Source of the DNA: Chiloscyllium plagiosum
Taxonomy: Eukaryota
Assembly: GCF_004010195.1 (NCBI RefSeq)
Contig: NC_057746.1
Location: forward strand, 16,936,820-16,972,020
DNA: 35,201 nucleotides
Direction of reading: 5' to 3'
A program made the position numbers and the translations under genes. The notes under the pieces are model-generated. The model did no database searches and was not told where the DNA came from. It saw only the letters and a list, made by a program, of their open reading frames with translations. Numbering within the stretch: the first letter of the stretch is position 1; the number at the start of each line of letters is the position of its first letter. Of the stretch, positions 23,225-34,648 are shown one piece after another.

Positions 23225-24862
23225 GTCATGTAAACTTTTGAATGGACTTAGAAGAGTATAAAGAAAGTAGGAGTATACTTAAGAGGGAAATCAGGAGGCA
23301 AAATGGGGACATGAGATAGCTTTGGCAAATAGAATTAGGGAGAAGCCAAAGTGTTTTTACAAATATATTCAGGACAAAAGGGTAACTAGGGAGAGAATAG
23401 GGCCTCTCAAAGATCAGCAAGGCGGCCTTTGTGTGGAGCCGTAGAAAATGGCGGAGATACTAAATGAATATTTTGCATCAGTATTTACCGTGGAAAAGGA
23501 TATGGAAGATATAGACTTTAGGGAAATAGATGGTGACATCTTGCAAAATGTCCAGATTACAGAGGAGGAGGTGCTGGATGTCTTGAAACGGTTAAAAGTG
23601 GATAAATCCCCAAGACCTGATCAGGTGTACCCTAGAACTCTGTGGGAAGCCAGAGAAGTGATTGTTGGGCCTCTTGCTGAGATATTTGTATCATTGATAG
23701 TCAGAGGTGAGGTGCCGGAAGACTGAAGGTTGGCAAACGTTGTGCCACTGTTTAAGAAGGGTGGTAAAGACAAGCCAGGGAACTATAGACCGGTGAGCCT
23801 GACCTCGGTGGTGGGCAAGTTGTTGGAGAGAATCCTGAGGGACAACTACATGATTCTCTCCATGTAGTTGGAAAGGCAAGGACTGATTAGGAATAGTCAG
23901 CATGGCTGTGCGCGTGGAAAATCATGTCTCACAAACTTGATTGAGTTTTTTGAAGAAGTAACAAAGAGGATTGATGAGGGCAGAGCGGTAGATGTGATCT
24001 ATATGGACTTCAGTAAGGTGTNNNNNNNNNNNNNNNNNNNNNNNNNNNNNNNNNNNNNNNNNNNNNNNNNNNNNNNNNNNNNNNNNNNNNNNNNNNNNNN
24101 NNNNNNNNNNNNNNNNNNNNNNNNNNNNNNNNNNNNNNNNNNNNNNNNNNNNNNNNNNNNNNNNNNNNNNNNNNNNNNNNNNNNNNNNNNNNNNNNNNNN
24201 NNNNNNNNNNNNNNNNNNNNNNNNNNNNNNNNNNNNNNNNNNNNNNNNNNNNNNNNNNNNNNNNNNNNNNNNNNNNNNNNNNNNNNNNNNNNNNNNNNNN
24301 NNNNNNNNNNNNNNNNNNNNNNNNNNNNNNNNNNNNNNNNNNNNNNNNNNNNNNNNNNNNNNNNNNNNNNNNNNNNNNNNNNNNNNNNNNNNNNNNNNNN
24401 NNNNNNNNNNNNNNNNNNNNNNNNNNNNNNNNNNNNNNNNNNNNNNNNNNNNNNNNNNNNNNNNNNNNNNNNNNNNNNNNNNNNNNNNNNNNNNNNNNNN
24501 NNNNNNNNNNNNNNNNNNNNNNNNNNNNNNNNNNNNNNNNNNNNNNNNNNNNNNNNNNNNNNNNNNNNNNNNNNNNNNNNNNNNNNNNNNNNNNNNNNNN
24601 NNNNNNNNNNNNNNNNNNNNNNNNNNNNNNNNNNNNNNNNNNNNNNNNNNNNNNNNNNNNNNNNNNNNCTACCAGAGGAAGTGGTGGAGGCTGGTACAAT
24701 TGTAACATTTAAGAGGCATTTGGATGGGTATATGAGTAGGAAGAGTTTGGAGGGATATGGGCCGGGTGCTGGCAGGTGGGACTAGATTGGGTTGGGATAT
24801 CTGTTGGCATGGATGGGTTGGACTGAAGGGTCTGTTTCCATGCTGTACATCTCTATGACTCA
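23225..24862 (+). mobile_element. CR1 LINE, 5'-truncated, spanning a gap
   Basis: MAEILNEYFASVFT, QHGCARGKSCLTNLIEFFEEVT, MDFSK; tail ctctatgactc. Confidence 0.93.
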
Positions 24863-25384
24863 GGGCAGGCACAGGGTGCACAGTTACTGTCTTTGCTGCT
24901 CCACGCTCCCTTGTTGTATCCACCTGTGGCTATTCTCCTTGAGTCTACCAGGTGGCTCATGAACTGTGCACACAGTATCTGCAGCTTCAGTAGTGATTCT
25001 GTTACCTGCTGGAAGGGGAAGCCTTTTAGGAATGTCAGGCAGGATATTCTGATAGGAGAACAGTACAGAGATGGTGTCTTTCATTGTCAGGCTGGCATTT
25101 TTGCTCTGTAAATCATCTGTAAATCAGTGCAACAGTTGGTGTTACCACGAATGTCAGATGGTTGGCCTAGAAGCAGGATGATCACACTTCCACTGGAGTA
25201 AGCCAGTATTTGAGCACGTTTCCATCCAAGCTCTCAGCCAGTTCCTCCATCACAAAGGTGAATACACCTGCTGGGATTGTCCAGCCCATCACCGATAGAA
25301 AGGAATATCACACTCAATGACATTGAGGGTTTGGTCCATGAACAGTAATCTCCAGGGAATATCTCCAGGGAAAGTGAGGGTGGG

Positions 25385-27370
25385 ATTGGAACTGGAAGGG
25401 AAACATTGGTGAGTTGTGGGAGGGGATTAGAATAGGACTGGAACAAGGAATGTTCCAGCAATTCCTCTGATGTTTTACACCAGTTTCCAGTTTGCAGGCT
25501 CCAGCCGCCTCCTCTTTCCCATGGATGTGCAATCCCTTTACACGTCACCCCCGACCAAGATGGTCTCAGGGCTCTCCACTTCTTCCCGGAAAGCGCAGGC
25601 TTGAACTGTCCACTCACCTCCACTGTACTCTGCTTGGCCAGACTTGTCCTCACTTTCAACAGCTTCTCTTTTAACTCCTCTCCCTTTCTTCAGGTCAGAG
25701 GGGTGGCTGTGGGTCACCGCACATGTCCCAGTTCTTCCTGTCCCTTTGTGGGGTATGTGGAACATTCCTTGTTCCAGTCCTATTTTGGCTCCACCCACAA
25801 GTCTTTCTCTGATATATCAATGATATCATCGGTGCTGCTTCCCTCTCTCATCTGGAATTGTAAAGTTCATTGATTTCACTTCCAATGTAGCCCTGACTCC
25901 TCCCTTTCCTTCCTCGACATCTATTTCCATTTCTGACGATAGACTGTCCACTAATATCCATTATAAACCTACCGACACCCTCAGCTACCTGGGCTATCCC
26001 TCCTCGTACCCTGTCCATTCCGTTCTCTCAGTTCCTCCATCTCCATTGCATATGTTCTGGCGATGCCAACTTCGACAAGGGAGCCTCAGTAATGTCCATG
26101 TTAGTCTTCCACCAAGGATTCCCCAACACCGTCGTCAACAGGGCCCTCAACTGGGTCTGACCCATCTCCCGCACGTTTGCCCTCATCCCCTCCCACAACA
26201 ACGATAAGGTTCCCCTTGTCCTTACCCAACATCCCATCAGCATTGCCATCCAGAAGATCATCAGCCCCCACTTCCACCACCTCCAGCAAGATGCCACCAC
26301 CGGACACATATTCCCCTCCTCTCCCTTGCCTGTCTTCCACAGGGACCATTCCCTCTGGGACACCCTGGTCCACTCTTCCTTCATTCCCAACACACCCCCC
26401 ACAGCATCTTCGCCTGCAGGTGCTGAAGGTGTAACACCTGCCCATTTCCCGCCTCCCTTCTCAGTATCCAAGGGGCAAACACACTTTCCAGGTGAAGCAG
26501 GAGAAAGTGGGGACTGCAGATGCTGGAGATCAGAGTCGAGAGACTTGCACTGGAAAAGCACAACTGGTCAGGCAGCATCCGAGGAGCAGGCGAATCGGCA
26601 TTTCGAGCAGAAGCTCTTAATCTCCTGCTCCTCGGATACTGCCTGACTGGCTGGGCTTTTCCAGCACCACACTCTCGACTTCCATGTGAAGCAGAGCTTT
26701 ACCTGTATTTCACACAATTTAGTCTCCTGCATTCGCTGCTCGCAAAGTGGTCTCATCTACATTGGGAAAAATGAAGCATAACCTGGGTGACCGCTTTGCA
26801 GAACATTACGTTCTGCCCACAGAGAAGATCCTCAGCTTTGTTATGTGTCAGTTTAACACACCATCCCGTTCCCTGCCCAACACCTCTGTCTCGGGCCTGC
26901 TGCAGTCCTCCAGTGAAGCTCAGTGCAAGTTGGAAGAATATCAGCTCACTTTACACTTGGGCCCTGCAGCCATCCAGACTCAGTTTTGAGTTCAATAATT
27001 TTAGGGCCTGAACTGCCCATGTCCTAGCCCCCGACCACACACACCAGACGTTGTTACCACTGTCTGCCATTAAACACTACCTATGACTAGCCACTAACAG
27101 TCTCCATTAACCGCTATTTACCCTCCCAGCCATATCATTAAGAACTCCAACTGTTCTCTCTCTCTAGCCTCTATCCTCACCTATCATTTACTCCTTATCC
27201 CTCCCCCACCCTATCTTCTGCTTATAATCCAACTACCATGGGTTCTGAGGAAGGGTCTCTGGACCTGAAACATTAACTTTGATCTCTCTTCACAGATGCT
27301 GGCAGAGCTGCTGAGCTTTTCCAGCAACCTCTGCTTCTGATTTACAGCATCTGCAGTTCTTTCGATTTAT
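25385..27370 (+). mobile_element. Penelope-like retroelement, 5'-truncated and degenerate
   Basis: LVLTFNSFSFN..GVAVG..FVGYVEHSLFQSY; GIY-YIG remnant near 26700-26810 (CIRCSQSGLIYIG..LGDRFAEH); terminal hammerhead-like motif at 27242-27278. Confidence 0.88.
26501..26679. mobile_element. Palindromic Penelope-terminus mini-element nested in a Penelope element
   Basis: Inverted arms with the centre partly deleted; flanking repeat TTCCAKGTGAAGCAG (26486-26500, 26680-26694). Confidence 0.8.
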
Positions 27371-27749
27371 TCCGCATTGTCGAAGTTCTTTTAGTTTACA
27401 AAGCAGGGGGTGGTGTTTAAATGTCAGAGCATATATTGTTAGGGAGCAGACATGACTGACAAAGACTCTGTACAAAAGAGAAGTGTACGTACCTTGGTTT
27501 CAACAACTGACTTCAATTACCTTAATAACAAAGTCTTTGAATCAGGGACAGGCCATTTAGGACAGAGATGAGGAGAAACTTCTTCATTCAGAGGGTAGTG
27601 AATCTTTGGAATTCAGCATCACAGAGGGCTGTATATGTTTAAGACTAAGATTGATAGATTTTGACAGGGTATTATGACTGAGGCTAGAGGATTGCACTGT
27701 CAGCCTCTCTCTCTCATAGGAACGCCACAGCATTTCTTGAAGTGGTACA

Positions 27750-27905
27750 ACAGAGGAACCTCAATTAGCCGGCATTCGATTAACTGCATTTCAGATTATC
27801 TGAACAAGATCACAAGGTCTCGATGTTTGGCTCACTATGTTATCCGGCACTCGATTATCCGGCATTCGATTAACCGAACCGAAATACTCCCTGACCGTGT
27901 CCCTC
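27750..27905. mobile_element. Truncated copy of the same MITE family
   Basis: Shares aacctc..tttcagattatc.gaacaagatc.caaggtc..atactccc with 13186-13361. Confidence 0.55.
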
Positions 27906-28097
27906 TAAAATCGTGCCAATTGCATAACTCATCCACATTAGTTCGCAGTAAAACAAAATGTTCTGTCAGCCACATTTATTTCAAAAAGTATTGTTTTTTT
28001 ATAAGAAAACATGAGTCATTCAGCAAAGTCGTATTGCAAACACTGGTCACAAGTACTCATGTCTCAGAATCTGAGTACAAACAGGTTAAAGAGACAA

Positions 28098-28237
28098 AAA
28101 GAATCAAGAGTGTGGACCTGGGAAAGCACTGCCAATCAGGTCAGCATCCGAAGTGCAGGAGAAACGATGTTTTGGGCATAAGCCCTTCATCAGAAAGACT
28201 ATGATCTCCAGCATCTGCAGCCCTCACTTTCTCCACC
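28098..28237. mobile_element. Penelope-terminus mini-element (partially inverted)
   Basis: Minus-strand CTGATGAAGGGCTTATGCCCAAAAC core; flanking TTAAAGARACAA (28086-28097, 28238-28249). Confidence 0.7.
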
Positions 28238-28442
28238 TTAAAGAAACAACCATCCAAGATTCCCATATTCCTTAGATCTCAGGAAAAAACATCCCTGGAT
28301 TCCAAGATGGGTCACTGAGGCAACTGGGAAAGGGAAAGAAATACAGAGTTATAGAGTAAGGAAACAGCAGGGACAGCACCTCAACCACAAGCATCAATAA
28401 TAAGATGCATCAGACAGAATCTGAAACAGCAGCAAAAACAAA

Positions 28443-29298
28443 TCTCAGACCCACTCCCCAAACACCAGCAAAATTTCCTCAGACCCACTCCCCAAACACC
28501 AGCAAAACCTCTCAGACCCACTCCCCAAACACCAGCAAAATTTCCTCAGACCCACTCCCCAAACACCAGCAAAACCTCTCAGACCCACTCCCCAAACACC
28601 AGCAAAATTTCCTCAGACCCACTCCCCAAACACCAGCAAAATTTCCTCAGACCCACTCCCCAAACACCAGCAAAATTTCCTCAGACCCACTCCCCAAACA
28701 CCAGCAAAATTTCCTCAGACCCACTCCCCAAACACCAGCAAAATTTCCTCAGACCCACTCCCCAAACACCAGCAAAATTTCCTCAGACCCACTCCCCAAA
28801 CACCAGCAAAATTTCCTCAGACCCACTCCCCAAACACCAGCAAAANNNNNNNNNNNNNNNNNNNNNNNNNNNNNNNNNNNNNNNNNNNNNNNNNNNNNNN
28901 NNNNNNNNNNNNNNNNNNNNNNNNNNNNNNNNNNNNNNNNNNNNNAATACCCCTCAGACCCACTTCCCAAACACTAGCAAATCCCATCAGACTCACTCCC
29001 CAAACACCAGCAATTCCCCTCAGACCCACTCCCCAGACTCCAGCAAAACTCCTCAGACTCACTCACCAAACACCAGCAAATCCCCTCAGACCTACTCCCA
29101 ACTACCAGCAAACTCCTCAGACCCTCTCACCAAACACCAGCAAAACCCCGCAGACTCACTCCCCAAACACCACAAATCCCCTCAGACCCACTTCCCAAAC
29201 AAAAGCAAAACCCCTCAGACCCACTGCCCAAAGACCAGCAAATCCCCTCAGACCCACTCCCCAAACAATAGCAAAACCCCTCATCAATCCCCAAACAG
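28443..29298. repeat. 33-34 bp minisatellite (CTCAGACCCACTCCCCAAACACCAGCAAAATTTC)n
   Basis: About 12 near-identical units before the gap and about 10 diverged units after it. Confidence 0.95.
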
Positions 29299-29521
29299 TG
29301 ATCACACGGGGAAGGAGAGAGAGGGGGGAAGGTGGGGTGGGGGGAGAGGGGGGAAGGTGGGGTGGGGGGAGGGGGGCAATGGATAGAGGGAGAGAGAGAA
29401 AGAGAGAGGGAGGGAGGGAGGGACTGAGGTCAGAGGCCACCCTCCACATTGTACAGTAAACACCAGCTCCAATAGCCAGTTACAGTGATCTGCTCCGAAC
29501 TGGATCAATTCTGTTCATACC

Positions 29522-29565
29522 TCAGGTATTGGCAGAGCTGGCTCAGGTTGTGTTTTCTGCAGAAG
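29522..29565 (-). pseudogene. MHC class I copy C, cytoplasmic exon 7 homolog
   Basis: Aligns with 13410-13453. The ancestral AG is absent and TCA>TGA occurs at 29545-29543 in the ancestral frame. Confidence 0.65.
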
Positions 29566-29811
29566 AGGTATTAAAAATACTTCATTCTCAGAGAGACAGA
29601 TTCAGAGTATGTGACAACCAAAGGCAAAAGCAGAGAGAAATATCCACACAACAATAACACAGAATGAAAATTTGTGATACGAATGTACAGAGACAGATAT
29701 AGAGACAGAGAGAAGTAAGAGGTGCATCTGCATACACAAACACACACAATAATTAGGTACTGAATGTATCAAAAAACAGCAAACACAGAGAATGCTGGAT
29801 GATTAGCTTAC

Positions 29812-29843
29812 TGTTGTAAAATGGTGGATGATTTTCATTCTCT
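29812..29843 (-). pseudogene. MHC class I copy C, cytoplasmic exon 6 homolog (32 bp)
   Basis: Acceptor aaacag|, donor |GTAAGC. Aligns with 14107-14139 but is 1 nt shorter, with Tyr>His. Confidence 0.65.
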
Positions 29844-30358
29844 CTGTTTAAAAAAAAGAGAATTTTTAGTGAAGAATGTAAATGGATGAAAAGAGAGAAG
29901 GTTTCAATCTCCCTCGCCTTGTGCCCCTCTCTCCCAACACTGAACCGCTGCCAACACTGACCCGAGACCCGCACTCTCAAAAATGACCAAAGACATATAT
30001 TCCTATCTGCAGCCAAAACCCACAGCCCAGCCCTGACCTGAGAACTTCCTCAGTGTGAATATCCACATTCAGGGGACTCACCCTCCACCTCACTCTCTGG
30101 GCTCCCCCACCTTTGTGGGGGCCTGACGTTCACAGTTTGAGTCTGTGATTGCTGGCTGAGCCTCTGAGGAACAGGCCCCCACTTTGGCCCATTCCTCTCC
30201 AAACTGAGAGCCTCCGCCCAGACTCTGAGCCTGAGAACTGTCCCCCAAAACGCAGAGCTTCTGCCACTCTAAACACCTCCAAAAAAACCTGAGACCTCAA
30301 AGTCTCCATGTGCGACAACCCAGGGGGCTGTACCACTCTGAAAGTTATCTGTTCCTAC

Positions 30359-30463
30359 CTCTCTTTCTGTAGATCAAAACAAAGTTGGTGAGAATGAGGA
30401 GGATCCTGAGAACTCCAAGTACAATAGAGGTAATAACAGGAATCTGCAGTTGATACTTTGATA
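30359..30463 (-). pseudogene. MHC class I copy C, transmembrane exon
   Basis: Acceptor tttgcag|, donor G|GTAGGA, 105 bp open: (V)SKYQLQIPVITSIVLGVLRILLILTNFVLIYRKR. Confidence 0.8.
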
Positions 30464-30619
30464 CTGCAAAGACAATGAGAGATCGAGAGACCATTAGAGA
30501 CTGGGAAAGAACAAGAGACTGAGTGGAGAGGGAGAGAAAGAGAGAGAGAGAGAGAATAAATGGACAAAAGAGAGAATGAGTGAGACAGAATAAGAGGGCA
30601 TGGGAGAGATTATGAGAGA

Positions 30620-31905
30620 GAATGAATGCAATCCTAGTGTTTACATCCTAGAGGGATGTGGCTGAGGAAATAGTGGAGGCATTGGTTGAGATCTTTCAAA
30701 AGTCACTGGAGTCAGGGAAAGTCCCAGATGATTGGAAGATTGCTGTTGTAACCCCCTTGTTCAAGAAAGGATCAAGACAAAAGATGGAAAATTATAGGCC
30801 AATTAGCCTCACCTTCGGTTGTTGGTAAAATTCTAGAATCCATCATTAAGGATGAGGTTTCTAAATTCTTGGAAGAGCAGGGTTGGATTAGAACAACTCA
30901 ACATGGATTTAGTAAGGGCAGGTCGTGCATGACAAACCTGTTGGAGTTCTTTGAAGAGGTGACAAGTAGGTTAGACCGGGGAAACCCAGTGGATGTGGTC
31001 CACCTAGACTTCCAAAAGGCCTTTGATAAGGTGCCACATGGGAGGCTGCTGAGCAAGGTGAGGGCCCATGGTGTTCGAGGTGAGCTACTGGTATGGATTG
31101 AGGATTGGCTGTCTGACAGGAGGCAGAGAGTTAGGATAAAAAGTTCTTTTTCGGAATGGCAGCCAGTGACAAGCGGTGTCCCGCAGGGTTCAGTGTTGGA
31201 GCCACAGCTGTTCACATTATATATTAATGATCTGGATCAAGGGACTGGGGGCATTCTAGCGAAGTTTGCCGATGATACAAAGTTAGGTGGACAGGCAGGT
31301 AGTACTGAAGAAGTGGGGAGGCTGCAGAAGGATCGAGACAGTTTGGAAGAGTGGTCCAGGAAATGGCTGATGGAATTCAATGTAAGCAAATGCGAGGTCT
31401 TGCACTTTGGAAAAAAGAACAGAAGCATGGATTACTTTCTAAANNNNNNNNNNNNNNNNNNNNNNNNNNNNNNNNNNNNNNNNNNNNNNNNNNNNNNNNN
31501 NNNNNNNNNNNNNGGGAGATCTAATAGAAACTTACAAGATAATACATGGCTTGGAAAGGGTGGATGCTAGGAAATTGTTTCCATTAGGCAAGGAGACTAG
31601 GACCCGTGGACACAGCCTTAGAATTAGAGGGGGTAAATTCAGAACAGAAATGCGGAGACATTTCTTCAGCTAGAGAGTGGTGGGCCTGTGGAATTCATTG
31701 CCACAGAGTGCAGTGGAGGCTGGGACGCTAAATGTCTTCAAGGCAGAAATTGATAAATTCTTGATGTCACAAGGAATGAAGGGCTACGGGGAGAATGTGG
31801 GTAAGTGGAGTTGAAATGCCCATCAGCCATGATTGAATGGTGGAGTGGACTCGATGGGCCGAATGGCCTTACTTCCGCTCATATGTCTTATGGTCTTATG
31901 GTCTA
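30620..31905 (+). mobile_element. CR1 LINE, 5'-truncated, in copy C intron 4
   Basis: LDFQKAFDKVPH, SGVPQGSVL, FADDTKL; tail (cttatggt) repeats. Confidence 0.93.
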
Positions 31906-32300
31906 ATAGAGAGAATGGGTGTGAGACAGAGAATTGAGTTTGAGAGAGAGAATGAGTGCAAGAGAATAACAGTGTGTGAGAGAATGAGTGAGAGAGAGAG
32001 AGAATAAGAGTGAGAGACAGAAAGCGTGAGAGAAAATAAGAGTGTGAGAGACACAGAAAGCAAGAGAATAAGAGTGTGTGAGAGGGAGCAAGAGAGAGAT
32101 AGCGACAGAGCAAATAAGAGATTGAGAGACAGAGTGAGGAGAGATGGCGCGTGAGAGACCAAAGAGGAGTGTGTGTGTGAGAATAAGAGAGAAAGCAAGA
32201 GAGAATAAGGGAGAGGGAGAGAGACAAAATAAGAGAGTGAGAAAGACAGAGAATAAGAGAATGTGTGAGAATAGGAGAGTGTGAGGGAATAAGAGTGTGG
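31905..32300. repeat. GA-rich low complexity
   Basis: gagagaataagagtg-type degenerate repeats. Confidence 0.85.
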
Positions 32301-32309
32301 CGAGTGGCG

Positions 32310-33700
32310 AAGGTTCAAGAAAAGGAATGGGGATAACCCTGGGAATCATAGACCAGTCAGTTTTACATTTGTGGTGGGCAAATTGTTGGAAAGGATTCTG
32401 AGAGACAGGATTTATGATTATTTGGAAATGCATAGTTTGATTACAGATAGTCAGCACGGCTTTGTGAGGGGCAGGTCATGCCTCACATTCTTTATTGAAT
32501 TCTTTGAGTATGTGACAAGACACATTGGTGAAGGTAGAGCAGTGGATGCGGATTCTTGCAAGTTTGATCAGGTTCCCCATGGTAGTCTCATTCAGAAAGT
32601 AAGAAGGCATGGGATGCAGGGAAATCTGGCTGTCTGGATACAGAATTGGCTGGCCCACAGAAGACAGAGGGTGGTAGTAGATGTAAAGTATCCAGCCTGG
32701 AGCTTGGTGACCAGTGGTGTTCCGCGGGGATCTGTTCTGGGACCTCTGCTCTTTTTGAGTTTTATAAATGATTTGGATGAGGAAGTGGAAGGGTGGGTTA
32801 GTAAGTTTGCTGAGACACAAAGGTTGGTGGAGTTATGGATAGTGTGGAGGGCTGTTGTAGGTTGCAATGGGCTATTGACAGGACGCAGAGTTGGGCTGAG
32901 AAGTGGCAGATGGATTTCAATCTGGAAAAGTGTAAAGTGATTCATTTTGGAAGGTGGAATTTAAATGCATATTACAGGGTTAAAGTCAGGATTTTTGGCA
33001 GTGTGGAGGAACAGAGGGATCTTGGGGTCCATATCCATAGCTCCCTCAAAGTTGCCACCCAAGTTGATAGAATTGTTAAGAAGGCACATGGTGTGTTGGC
33101 TTTCACTAGCAAGGGGATTGAGTTTAAGAGTCATGAAGTTATGCTGCAGCTCTATGAAGCCCTGGTCAGACCACACTTGGAATATTGTGTTCACTTCTGG
33201 TCACCTCATTATAGGAAGGATGTGGAAGCTTTAAAGAGGATGCTGAGGAGATTTACCAGGATGCTGCCTGGACTGGAGGGTATGTCTTATGAAGAAAAGT
33301 TGAGGGATCTCGGGCTTTTCTCATTGGAGCGAGGTTGGATGAGAGGTGACTTGATAGAGGTGTACAGGATGATGAGAGGCACAGATAGAGTGGATCGCCA
33401 AAGACTTTTTCCCAGGGCAGAAATGGCTACTACAAGGGGGCATAATTTTAAAGTGATTGGAGGAAGGTTTAGGGGAGATGTAGGCAGTTTCTTTACACAG
33501 AGAGTGGTGGGTGAGTCGAATGCACTGCCAGCAGTGGTAGTCGAGTCAGATACATTAGGGACATTTAAGTGACATGTGGATGATGGTAAAATGAAGGGTA
33601 TATCGGTTAGTTTGATCTTTAGAGTAAGATAAAAGGTCAGCAAAACATCGAGGGCCGAAGGGCCTGTACTGTGCTGTCTGTTCTATCTTCTATGTTCTAG
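32310..33700 (+). mobile_element. CR1 LINE, 5'-truncated, in copy C intron 4
   Basis: SQHGFVRGRSCLT, SGVPRGSVLGPLLF, LVRPHLEYCVHFWSP; tail ttctat repeats. Confidence 0.93.
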
Positions 33701-34010
33701 TAAATGTGTGAGAGAGAGAGTAAGTGAGAGCGAGTAAAAGTAAGAGAGAGAATAAGAGAGCGAGAGAATGAGAAAAAGAGAAGGAAAAAGAGTGAGAGAC
33801 AAAGGGAAAGAAAAAAAAGAAAACGTGAGAGAGAGAGAAAAAGTGAGAGAAAAAATTGAGAAAAAGTGAATGAGAGAGAAAGAATGTGTGAGAGAGAGAA
33901 AATAAGAGTGAGAGAGAGAATAATAGTGAGACAGAGTGAATGAGAAAATCATGGAATGAGTGAGAATGAGAAATAACATGGGGAATTAGATAGAGACAGA
34001 GAGAAAGAGG
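33700..34010. repeat. GA-rich low complexity
   Basis: Continuation of the 31905-32300 tract, split by a CR1. Confidence 0.85.
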
Positions 34011-34648
34011 ATATCATATAGTGCACAAAGCCAGACCAATCATTTCCCTACTTACAGTGCCCTCAAATCTTCCCCCATCTTTTCTCACCTGAGTCTATAT
34101 TCATTGACTCGATTCCCTTCCCATTTTCCCTTGAATACATCTCCGAAAGTCACTTCAAACACTTCCTACAGCAGTGACTTCCACGTTCTCATTTCTCTTT
34201 GGGTGACCACTTTTGCAACTTACAAATGGATTTCTTAGAGGATCCCTCAAACCATTAACTTCAACTTATTCTCTTCCAAACAGAAGGAATCACAGTCTCG
34301 GCATCTCGGCAAAAACCCTTTATCATTTTAAAGAATTAACCGTACACCATCCATTAGTCTTCTTTTCACAGGTTAGTTTTTGATCACTTTCTGATTTGTA
34401 AATGGTGACAGGGAAGATTCCAACCAAATGCAATCTAGGGTATGAAATAATCAGAATTACACAAGATATCCCAGGATATGCCAAGCACTATCTCTGTTCT
34501 TATCTTCTATAAATCACATGAGCATTTTGGCACATTGACAATTAATATTGTCCCTCTCTCTACCCTAGGTTGTCCTGGTCAAGCAGCGCAGCACTGACCC
34601 TCCCTGGTCTGAGTCTGGTTTCTCTCTGACAGTGAGAATCAGTCTTAC

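Noticed and set aside
28405-29449. Repetitive Pro/Thr/Gln-rich ORFs; CRISPR-like look of the array
   Set aside because: The 34-bp unit cycles through reading frames, there are no unique spacers, and the context is eukaryotic: a minisatellite.
31823-33979. Ser/Leu-rich hydrophobic ORFs on the minus strand
   Set aside because: Translations of GA-rich low-complexity tracts and antisense CR1.
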